DNA from: Azolla caroliniana
Lineage: Eukaryota > Plantae > Polypodiophyta
Reading direction: 5' to 3'
NCBI GenBank assembly: GCA_043228905.1
Contig: JBHGNT010000013.1
Coordinates: 1,364,001 to 1,428,000, forward strand
Length of the DNA stretch: 64,000 nt
In this document: piece by piece, positions 38,576 through 49,500 of the stretch
How positions within the stretch are numbered: position 1 is the first letter of the stretch
Layout: each line of letters starts with the position of its first letter
Program-made: the position numbers and the translations under genes
Notes under the pieces: model-generated
The model's input: the letters and a program-made list of their open reading frames with translations, nothing else
Told to the model about the DNA's origin: nothing
Databases searched by the model: none

Positions 38576-38582
38576 CACTCAT

Positions 38583-39290
38583 AGCTTAAGGTCTAGATAG
38601 GGCCATGTAAGTTATGTGCTTAGGCTAAGGCAAAAAACTAATAAGCTCCTCTCTAAACATAAACTTCTCTCTAAACAAAAGCTCCCTCAATAGAATGTCT
38701 ATCTTATTTAATATTATATTAATACAATACATAAAAATATTATTTTTAATATAGTATTTGTATTTAAAATATCAATAATTATTTAAACTAGGTCTATATG
38801 AAGTTAAATCAAGTATAATATAAATCCAATCATTACCAAGCCATAAATATGTTGGATTAAAGTTAAAATCATTGGCTAATTAATGGCACCCATATTTGAT
38901 ATAGAACCTCTCAGTCATTGGTTCATTAATGCTCACCATTGTAAATATTAGACTTATCAATCATTGGTTAATTCATGCCCACATCTTTAATACACAACAA
39001 TTGAGAGTCATAAAAATGTTGCTTTTAGTAATCAATCATTGGTACATTCATGAACCTCTATCATTGGCTCCTTCATGACCTTTAAAGTCATTGTAAGTTG
39101 TCATGACTACAAAAGATTCATCAATATGGTAGTTTGACTTTGTAATCATTAATGCAATCATAAGTTACTCTAGTTAATATGACTGTGGTTACCAACTCAC
39201 TAACCTCCAACTTACCAACCTTAGTTAAGGTGACTATGGTTACTTTAACCACTGTGGTCAATCCCTATAAATTGGAAAACCTCGTCATAT
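38583..39290. promoter_or_regulatory. Putative divergent promoter between the transposase and the methyltransferase gene
   Basis: AT-rich. TCATTGG (CCAAT on the minus strand) at 38869, 38915, 38961, 39036 and 39061. TATA-like CTATAAA at ~39265, upstream of the predicted exon 1. Confidence 0.45.
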
Positions 39291-42200
39291 TTCACTCACA
39301 AGAGCACACAAGAGCATACAAGAGCACACAGAGCAAACAAAGCACACAGAGCACACAAAGCACACAAAGCACGAAGCACGAAAGCGCGATCTCCGCCTCC
39401 ACTACCACACGATCAACCATTTCTTCAAAGAGAATCGAGCGCCAGGACTCCAGGTAGGCCTCTGACACTGTGGACATTTTTGTAAATATGTTTTGTCACT
39501 CAAGAACTCGATATGCCGTATCAAGTTCCTATTTTTTCTTTCCTTTTTAAACAGGAACTCGATACACCGTATCGAGTTCTTGTTTAAAGTTTAGGTTTTA
39601 AACAGGAACTCAATACGCCGTATTGAGTTCCTCTATTTTCTTTGCTTTTTAAACAGGAACTCGATACGACGTATCGAGTTCCTGTTTAAAGTTTAGGTTT
39701 TAAACAGGAACTCAATACGCCGTATCGAGTTCCTCTATGTTCTTTACTTTTTAAACAGGAACTCGATACGCCGTATCAAGTTCCTCTGTTTTCTTTGCTT
39801 TTTAAACAGGAACTCGATACGCCGTATCGAGTTCTTGTGTGTTCTTTGCTTTTTAAACAGGAACTCGATACGCCGCATCGAGTTCCTGTGTGTTCTTTGC
39901 TTTTTAAACAGGGACTCGATACGGTGTATCGAGTCCCTGTTTAAAGTTAAGGTGTTGTGTTTTTGGGGCAACAATTTAGTATTGTGTGGAAAAGATATCA
40001 AACTGTCTGTCAAAATAAGTCTTTTTTATGTCAACTTCCCTTACTTTTTAAAATAAACGGACCTTAATTATAGGTGTTTTATGACCTATTATAGCTTAAA
40101 ATAGTAGAAAATAACCCCCAAATTACCTTTACGATACCAATCTCAAGTCTATCATATGCAAATTATCTACAATATAGTTATGGAATCAATATAAGTCATA
40201 CCTGCCCTTCAAGACAATATATAACCCTGTATACTTATTACGATATATATTTTCTAAGTTGAATAGCCCTTACTAGAATAGATTTTTGAATATAGGACTA
40301 CCATGTACTCTGAATGCATGATTGATATTTATAGTTCACCACTAATCGCCTGCTAGTGTATTTCTTCATCTACTTATTTATATTTTAATATGCAACCTCA
40401 ATCTACGTGACCACCTAACTTATGTTTTCACATGTACTTTCTTAAATAGGTCGTTTGAGAACCTGTCGGACCGACCCGTGAAGAAAATAAAGCCTCGCAT
40501 ACAGGGTTCTCCAATCGAAGCACAGACCGTAGTAGCTCCCAGTCCATGAAGAGAGGAGAAAAGCTTCTCTTCAACGAGGAGTCAAAATCTCAACCACACA
40601 TTGACGTTAGCCAAAAGAAACTTGAGGCAACTACTGGAGGTGAAGACCTTCTTGACCGTGATCTAACAGACAAGGAATGGTGTATGCAATACGTCGACTC
40701 AAAGAAAAAAGTCATATTGTATACAACAAAGAAGAAGGGGGGGGGGGGGGGGGGGGGAGGGTAGCTTGGAAAGGAAACTCCATTTATGTATGGCCGTATT
40801 CTACGATTTGACTACGAAGATGCAGATTTGGCCAACATACTGGTAATGATAGAGTGCTCCAAGGGGTACGTAAAGTGTTCCTTTCAGAAGATCTTCTAGT
40901 AAAGGAATCTTGTGGGCTAGAAGCGTTCAAAAAAGATTTTGAAAGCTCACAAAACCTTATTGTTACCTTGAGGCCTTATATACAAGGCCATGTAACTCTT
41001 AGAGATGAAGTGCCTTCCCTAGTGAAGGCCACAAAAAGGGTATCCAAAGTACAATCAAGACCACCAAAGAAGAAGACAACCAAAATGTCGGACTCCGATT
41101 CAACAAGTAAAAACGAAGAGGAGGACACTAAGGGGACGCCAGGAGCTGAGCTAGCATCGGGTGTATTGTCATCCGAGCAGAATAAGATAAGGAGAGTGTT
41201 AATGCAGCGTAAACTAGTCAAGAAAGGGCAAGTGTTTAATTTTCCTATAACACACATCCATCGGCCCCCTATTGATGAAAAAACAGGTCGAAGACCACTT
41301 GAGATTAGAGAGCCACACCGCATGCATGTTCAAAATCTCAAGAAAAAAATGAAAATTAATCCTCATGCCACTGTGGTGTCTTTTATTGTTATGGTAGATC
41401 CTGAAGAATGTGAAACCATTGAAGATTTTGATATTAGAAAGCATGATCAATATAATTACTTTGTCATTGGTGGATCACATTCAGCGGAGGCACGTCAGCA
41501 ACTTGTGAGAGAACATCCAACGACTTTCTTCTTCAAGTATGCCGAGTGCAAAATTTATGTGGGGCTCACAACTGAAGAGGCAAAGCTATTGGCATGGGAC
41601 CATAATAATGATAATGACTATAGGCAAAAAATGTCGTCGATTGAGCGTATACGGTTCTTCCACCACAAGTATTTGGACGTGAAACAAAAGTTTGGTGTGA
41701 AGCTACATCTAGGTCTACGACGTCAATGTCTGCATGAAGTCGGTATTGTTGTAGATGATAATGTTAAGTCCGATGGTCTTCGAAAATATGAGTCTTGGTT
41801 TCAACTGGCCTTTAAAGATGGAGAAGTATGGGACCTACAGGATCAAATCTTCTCAATGTGGGAGAATAAGGAGGTAAAGGGTCAACGACAAAAGAAATGT
41901 AAGGTTGACCCTCAACTAGAGTTAAAGTCACAAGGCGCCAAGAAAATTGACTTGACAATTGAAGAAGCGGCTGACGACATGAAGCTGTCTCTGTGGAGAG
42001 CGATGCAAGGTATTAAGGACGAGCAGCTTCTTGTGTCTGTTTTGTCAAGGGTTGTGGCGAAAGATTTAAGCCTTGAAGAAATGGTCACTGAGTTCAATAA
42101 CTAAGTCTTTCAAATACTGAAATTGAAGTCTAAATGGTGTAATTCAAAGTTCTAATCTTGATTTCTAATTTTACAATCATAAGGTGTACATGAAGATCCA

Positions 42201-43667
42201 AGAAGTTATGATGAAACAACTTGGATGTATAACTTGGGAACAAGTGACCGAGGATTATCCTCTAACATCTTCATATAAGGCGTTATCAGAGTATTTTATT
42301 GCATTCAAGGATTGGGTTAGTATTGGTGGTTTTTCATTACGCTTTCATCATATGTAGAGCTTGTATAATAATACCTGATGTCCTATTGCTTCTATTAGAA
42401 ACCGTGTCGTGGCAAGAAACAAGGTGAAGTTAAGGATATACACGATTTGCCTACATCCTTCCTTGCACATCTCGAGCGAGCCAGAAAAGAAAAGGATCGT
42501 CGCTTAGTAAAGGCGTACGAAATGGAGGAAGATGGCTCCTTTAAAAAATTTAGCCACAAAAAAGATATTACGAGAGATCTTTACTACAATGTGGTTTGCG
42601 GCAATGTCGTCGACTTGATCCAAAAAGTGCCAAAGAAGGAATATACGCCAATGATTGCGGATATTCCTTACGGATTTCGAATGGTTGGGTCATCATACGA
42701 CGATGAACCGTTTAGGTTAAAACAATTGGAGAAGATGGTCAAGGATTTCGTTGAGCTAACAACTGCATCCTTGTGGCGAATAGTTGTCTTTCATAGTATG
42801 GACCAAGGGTACTCGATAGCTCAAGCTTTGAGATCTCGTTGCCATGGCATCGAGAACCTTGCATGGTAAGGATTATTTATAGGTGTCATTCACTATATTG
42901 CATTTCTTAACTCGATGTGTTATTTTTTATAGGATAAAAACCAATGTAAATAGAGGGCCAACTTTTCGGTTCGTTAATGCCATTGAATACATCATGGTTG
43001 GCTACTTCGATTAAATTAAGAAACAAAGAATCAAGGAGCATTCTAATGAAGTGGGAGGTTCAAATCTGGTGGTATATATAGCAGTGACACGGAAATTGCG
43101 ACATGTCACCACGACAGAACGGGGACTTGTCAACCCATATCAAAAACCTCAACGACTTATGATACACTTGATCGAGATGTTTTCTATCGAAGGAGACTAG
43201 ATATTAGATCTCTTTTCTAGCACAAGTATTCCTTGAACTAGGGATCTTGAGATAACCAATACCGAATCTTTTTTGTTTGACAACTAATTCTTCTTGACAT
43301 TACTTACTTCATAGGAACGACGTCTACATGTGCATTGAAGCTCTTTAGAAATACAGTTGCATTGGAGAAGGATGAGGAGCATGTTATATTTATAAATATG
43401 AGGATTAAGGCTTTGTGGGAGTGCCCAAACCAGGATGAGGAGGTCGGTGCAAAGAACCTCGCTAATACAGAAAGGTTTCAACCTGCTTCGCAAGAGCCTA
43501 TTCCTCTGTTAGCCGGCGAACCGGGGGAGCTAATAGAGCTTGATGATGAGCTTATAGAAGATATTTCGTTGGCTTGGCTAACAGGGGAAGCCAATGCACG
43601 TATAGCCGAAGAGAGTTCTACACAAGATGATGAAGAAAATGACATTGATGAATTGATTGCTATATAA
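39290..43667 (+). pseudogene. Intron-containing gene for a ParB/Srx-like domain fused to a beta-class N6-adenine/N4-cytosine DNA methyltransferase
   Basis: Predicted exons ~39290-39453, 40450-42100, 42177-42315, 42399-42865, 42933-43225, 43315-43667. ParB-like: REPHRMHVQNLKKKM..FIVMVD..YFVIGGSHSAEARQQL..EEAKLLAWDHN. MTase: CGNVVDL..MIADIPYG (42660-42671), AWIKTN..EYIMVGY, NPYQKPQRLMIHLIEMFSIEGD*ILDLFS(S)T/(R)TTSTCALKLFRNTVALEKD. Lesions: poly-G frameshift 40737-40757; stops at ~40809, 43012 and 43198; intron-2 splice sites degraded. Confidence 0.85.
39495..39953. repeat. Nine tandem 51-bp units, each an up-to-43-bp palindrome, in predicted intron 1
   Basis: TTTAAACAGGAACTCGATACG-N-CGTATCGAGTTCCTGTTTAAA; unit starts 39495, 39546, 39597, 39648, 39699, 39750, 39801, 39852, 39903. 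Confidence 0.95.
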
Positions 43668-46507
43668 TACTCTATAAAGAAAATGACACTGACGATTTGT
43701 TTGGATTTCACATTATTAATACAAATTTTTTGTTTTACTTAGTGGATTCTATTCTTTATAATCTTCTATATGTTTCAATTTTATTTTTATATACTTGGTT
43801 AGTAGATTTATGACATTGGTTGCACCGCGTGCATAGCTGACTACCAAATTTATGGAGAAACATGAATTAGTTTAAATTGAGGCTGATTTTGGTCCAAGCT
43901 AACCTTAACATAACATGGCCCTACAATTGTTGCCATGACTGTCCATGTTGTTATTATGGATCTTTGTCTTCTATTGTTAAAACTATTATGTTTCTATTCC
44001 ATTGCTGCTTAGATTGTGTAGTGTGTTGATAATGGTTCCACTAGCATTATCCGCATGTTTTTATATGCTTGTAGTTCCACTTGCGTTATCGTTCGGAGTT
44101 TGATCTTGTGTGAATCACCTAAGCAATAGAGTAGATCAATTTTAAATATAGGTATGAAAGCCTTAATAGGTTTGTTATTTCCACGACATTGTCCACAATT
44201 ATATACATATGGTTTGATCCCATACGAACAAACTGAGGAATAGATTAGATCAACTTTAAATACAAGTATTGAATACTTTAATAAGTTAGTTATTCCAATC
44301 ACATTATCCTAAAGTGCACTATCCTACATTGTCCACAATTATATACATGCACGTATGGGTCAAAGTATAAATTATAACTCATTTTATTAGTATAGATACA
44401 AGTACACCTCATATTTTTGTAAAACTTACCTAATTAATATAAGTCTTTAACTTAGTGTTTCCCTTGTCACACAATAGTGACATATTGAGCCATTGTTGAA
44501 CTTTATTATGCCTACATTAACTTATCAACATGTCCAAACTTGCATGATTTCTAATGATCTCCACTAGTAGACCTATCATGTATTTTTATATTTGCAAATT
44601 CTCATCAAGTTAAGGAACATGTGATACTAGTGCATCCAATTTTTGTAGAGAGGGTGTATTTGCTTCGTTTCAAGAAGATTCTACAAGTGGAATGTGCAAT
44701 CCTTCCACTTGTGAACGCGAACGTGTTAATGTAAATTTTGGGGAAAATAATCAGAAAACTCATTATCCTATTGATATATCTTGTCTCTCAAATCTAAAGT
44801 CAAGCGTTCAATCTTTATCTTAATCTCTCTATTTTTCAATCTATCTTAAGTACTTTCTCACTAAAGCTAGTGCAAACTTCGAATCCTTCCTGTCCAGGAC
44901 CCCGGTGGTTCCGCCTCATGATCCGCACCTAGTGACGGATCTTCACGACATAATTAACTGGTGAACCCGACGTGAAAGAGGCAGTAGGAAGGATCAAGTT
45001 GAGGATCAACCAATACTTGGAGATGGCGTCCTCAAGCAATCAAGCGGGAGAGTTCGAAAGGATGATGATAATTGTTGAACAAATGATGAGATCTCGAGAC
45101 AATGATGCAAGCATGGTGAAGGCCGTCGACTGTGTCGTAGAGCTCGAGGGTCAATTTGATGGAACGAACGTTACGAAGTTCCTTGACACATACAAAAGGG
45201 ATATGAATCAAAGGGATGTATCTGAAGCGCGGAAAATGACAAGTTTCAAGATAGTGGTCACCAACAACATCCAAAGACGTGTCATCGAGCTTCAAGAAGG
45301 TAAGACAACATGGTCTGTGTTTGTTACCAATTAGAAACACGGTCTACAGTCAGTCCTTCGACCTAGACCTCCAAGTGACTGAAACAACGAATGGTGGCGT
45401 CTGTGCGTAATACGTAGGGGAATGTTCCCCGTAACCTAACATCGTATAAGGGAGACGGCTACAACCAACTCCTTAACAGTGGCTACACACTCACGTTGCT
45501 TACTTCTACACTCTCAGGTATTACAGGCACACAGTAGATTAGCCGTAGCTATACACAATTATCAGAGAAGATAGAATTCTATTACGATACGCTTCTTTAC
45601 ATTCCAAAATTACACGCTACCTCTATCAGAGGTTTTCTACCCTTTATATACGCAGGGTCTTTTTAGCCGTTCATGCTTCCTCCGTGAACCGTTGCATGCG
45701 TTACAATCTTATATTATTTCCTATTCCTACGCTCTTGTCCGTCGGTTACTATTCCGGCAGACATAACCTGGCACGCGTGTGGGACAGTGCCCTGGCACGA
45801 CAGACCCATCCCGTTAATCTTCTTCCAAAATGGCCCGGATGTTTCGCTCTGCTCCAATGTCCGCGTTCAGAGGCAACGTAGGGGCCGTAGGTGCATCGTG
45901 GTGTGGTTCCCCTATTTGGTCGGGAGGGCTTCTCCTGGTGTCGCAGTCATCCTGTGTGGGCCGTCCGGGTACGATGGGCTCTTCTTGGGCTAGTGGGTTG
46001 GGCTCAGCCATCGTCGTGCTTGCGGTCGGTCGCGGCTTTGTCTGAACCATCACTTCCTCCATGGTGTCGGTCGTCGTTGTATGCTCTGGAGAGTAGGGTT
46101 GCGGTTCCGCTTGGTCCACAACGTTCTCCGTGTGGTTGGCCGATAGCGTGGGCTCTTGTAGATAGGGTTCCTCTTGGGCAACGGTTTCGTTGTCTGGTAC
46201 TGTGGGGGACTTCACTCGTCGTTCCGCGCTGTTCACCGTCATTGTAATTTCTGGTGATCTAGCCTGAGGTTCCTCTTCTTCGGCAGTGCCTAGACTTGGC
46301 GTCGCGATGGATTCCTCATTTGTTCGTGTGCTGCCGGCTTGTGTGATCTGGTGAAATAGCTCCTCCTGGCTTTCACCAAAATCATCCAAAATCTGTGCGA
46401 GTTCTTCGGAATGTTGGTCTGCTTGCGCACGATAGTCTTGTGCTAGGTCCTCGCATACGACCACAATGCTCTCCTCGTTGAGTTCTCCCAGTCCCCACGA
46501 TACGCGT

Positions 46508-49500
46508 TGTCGTAGTGTATTTTGTACACTACGTGAAAAACGTATATAGTATTAGATTCAATAAAAAATGAAGAAATAGAAGAAAATAGCAAAATAAATG
46601 GAACATGCATAGGGCAAGATTCGAACCTTGCACCTCCATGTTAATAATGTAATGTCTTACCATTACACTAGCATTTCATTAGTGTTAAAGCATAGATGTC
46701 CCACATAGAAAGGTAAATTCACGCTAGGATAAACATTAGAAAAACGCATAACAAAAGAAAAAGCTACACATACACATCTAGCGTGCATGATAAAAAACAC
46801 ACAAGTTAGAAAAAAGCATGATCACTTTAGATAAAGCATATAGTCTATCTATAGGAAAAGCATGGGGTCTATAGTTAGAGAAAAAGCATAGATTACTAAG
46901 ACTTCCTCATCACTACATAAGGATGGGGAGCACAATGTAATTGTGTGTGAAAAATATTTGGAAACTGGATATGTTTCTAAAAAACACCAATTAATAAACT
47001 ATACTCGTGGGATTCACGAGAATTCCATATCATTCTCTTTCAACCGAAGTTTATATTCTTATATTCATATTGATTAATCTAATACAATACACTCGTGGGA
47101 TTCACGAGTTTGCTATAACTCTTTCTTACAACATATTTATATTCTTATTAGCCTTAAAACTCTCCTCTTCCTAGTCCAAAACCCCAGCGGTTCCCACCCG
47201 ACTCACGCAACGATCCGGAGCCAAAAGGCACGACACAGTACTCACCCCCTCCAAACCCGCACATCCTCCGGTATGTGCCGAAGTTGTTGGTGTTTGTTAG
47301 TCTCCTCCGTCCGGTCTCTACCCGATTGGTTTCGTTGCCGGCTCGTAGTACCCTCGACTTCTCTTGTTATGTTGACTTTGTCTCTCCATTTGGAGCACAT
47401 CCATTCTTTCCACCCGAACCATTGTCGATATCCGATCCACCATAGTCTTCGTTCGCTTTTTGCATGGCCCGCTTGGTCCTTGTCATCCGCGGTAGTATCT
47501 TTTCTTGCCCTCTTTCTTTTCTTCATCAATCTCGACTTCTTTTCGGATTTTCGGTTTAGTCGGATTAGCTTACTTCCGATTCGATCTCGTCGGATCGTCT
47601 TTCGTCTAGTTCGGCTTCCTTTCCGATTTGTATTCGGTCGATCCGGACTCGGTTGATCGGTTTTTACCGATTCAGTGCTCTTTCGGGTCGGTTTCTTTTC
47701 TTTTCTTTTCGTCCGGATTTGCTTTCTTTTCTTCGTTTTCATCTGCCTTGTCCGGTTCGACTTTCGGCACTTCTTTCCGTTGTTCGCCACGTAGGTCCTC
47801 CGATATGTGCTCGTTGTTCGGTCCTCGTGTGGTTGTAATGCATGCTTCTTTTCTCGCCGTAGCGTGTGCTTCTTTATTCGCCATAACACGCGTTTCTTTA
47901 TTCGCCGTAGAGCGTGCTCTGTATTACGCGCTTCTCCCGTCGTAGACCCGACCTCCACATTGTCGCACTTTCTTTTAGATTGGAATTTCGGATGGATCAT
48001 TTTCCATCCGAACCGACTTCCGACTTTACCTTCCTCGCCGCCATCTCCCGTCTCTCCGGTCTCACGTTGGTTCTCGGACACAACCGCCGAAGTCTCTAGA
48101 TATTGTTGGCATGAATCCTCGGTATTACCTTCTTTCGTAGTTTCACCCTTAGCATTCTTCTCGGCTATCTCTTCATCGTATTCGTCGGCTTCGACATTCG
48201 TTTTCTCTCCGCCACCTTCCGTCTCTTCGGTCTCACGTTGCCTTTCGATCGCAACCGCCGGAGTCTCTGGAATCAGTGGTGGGGAAGTCTCGATATGGCA
48301 ATCCGCCATTGATTCGTCCATAGCCACCTCCGATTCGATTTCGTCTTTTGTGGCTACCTCCTTAATCACATCCGCTTCACACTCTTTATCTGCATCAATT
48401 ATGCAAACATCTATTATGCTTACCCCTTTTTGACCCGATGTCTCGGGCACTTGTATCCCGAAATTTCCTTCTACACTTGAATTATTGGCCTTATCCTTCG
48501 CCATCGTTCTTTCACAAGACGAGTGGGTGTCTTGTTCCACTCTTTCTCCCGTGGTACCATCATGTTGTATTTCGGCCTTCATATTGGCTTCATCGTTTTT
48601 CCTCAATCGACCATCCTTCATGGGCCATGTCGTTGTTGACGAGATTCTCAGCTTCCTTTCATCATGTCTTCGGCATACCCTTTCGACTTTGGCCCAATCC
48701 TCGGTAAGGCCGTTCGCACCGTCATCATCTTCGAGTTCGATCCCAATGTCCATCCTTTCTTTCCGATCGATCGATCTTACGAACATTAAGACTTTATCTT
48801 CTCCCACCAATCTTCGTTCCTGCTCCGAGAGTCGAGCAAAACGATGCTCGAACTCTAGGAACGCTTGCGTTGCACTTCGGTGAGTCTTCTCCGACGCCAC
48901 CCATTCGTCGAATTCTCGTCGATCTCGTCCCGTCCATCTCTCATAGTCATATGCCTCCCGTAAAGCTTCTTCAAAGGACTCCCATGTCGAGTTTTGTTGT
49001 TGTATCTTGTGGATTCTCTCTTGTAGTTCGTCCGAGGCCACCCGACTAAAGGATATCACTTGCAATCCTTCCGGTATCCGATATTGCATCATCTCCGCCT
49101 TATATTCACGTAGGTAGCGTGACACACCCTTACCGTTGAATTCCCCGTTTCGTCGCAGAAGCCGCTCTACTGCCGCCTTCATCTCCGACATCGCACGTTG
49201 TTCTTGTTGCATCCGCTCAAACATTATCATCATCATGTTCATCGCCTCTTGTTGATTCTCCATCTCCTTGCCACCCGCCTTCACGTCGGGTTCACCAACT
49301 GTGTCGTGCCTTTTGGCTCCGGATCGTTGCGTGAGTCGGGTGGGAACCGCTGGGGTTTTGGACTAGGAAGAGGAGAGTTTTAAGGCTAATAAGAATATAA
49401 ATATGTTGTAAGAAAGAGTTATAGCAAACTCGTGAATCCCACGAGTGTATTGTATTAGATTAATCAATATGAATATAAGAATATAAACTTCGGTTGAAAG

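Larger units (their letters stand above)
14321..38582 (-). pseudogene. Sola-like DDD transposase, split by E2 (segments ~37303-38582 and 14321-15345)
   Basis: Motifs YCSIC...H, CLMIDGMDQKK, IQLDNTTRENKN and FLLVGHTHDHIDQMFS. Removing E2 and one ACGT copy restores in-frame ...YNRSVGPYVFITYPNVQNDPNLTVTVIHRVLMSWG... Several frameshifts and stops in the 5' part. Confidence 0.85.
13841..44727. mobile_element. Sola-like (Sola1-type, tentative) DNA transposon, ~8.9 kb once nested E2 is removed, carrying a transposase and a ParB-like/amino-methyltransferase cargo gene
   Basis: 36-bp TIRs at 13841-13876 (AACATGTTCGCGTTCACAAGTGAAAGGATCGCGCAT) and 44692-44727 match 32/36, all mismatches transitions. 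4-bp TSD AATG at 13837-13840 and 44728-44731. Encloses a DDD-type transposase. Confidence 0.88.

Noticed and set aside
39495-39953. CRISPR array
   Set aside because: Linkers are short and themselves repeated (GTTTAGGT, TTCTTTGCTT), there are no unique spacers or cas genes, and the context is a eukaryotic intron.
39744-40013. Repeat protein (RRIEFLFKKQR) on the minus strand
   Set aside because: A consequence of the 51-bp (17-codon) array; the frame closes within the array.
40854-43667. Resident host gene
   Set aside because: It lies between the transposon's TIRs, inside a retrotransposon LTR, so it is mobile cargo.
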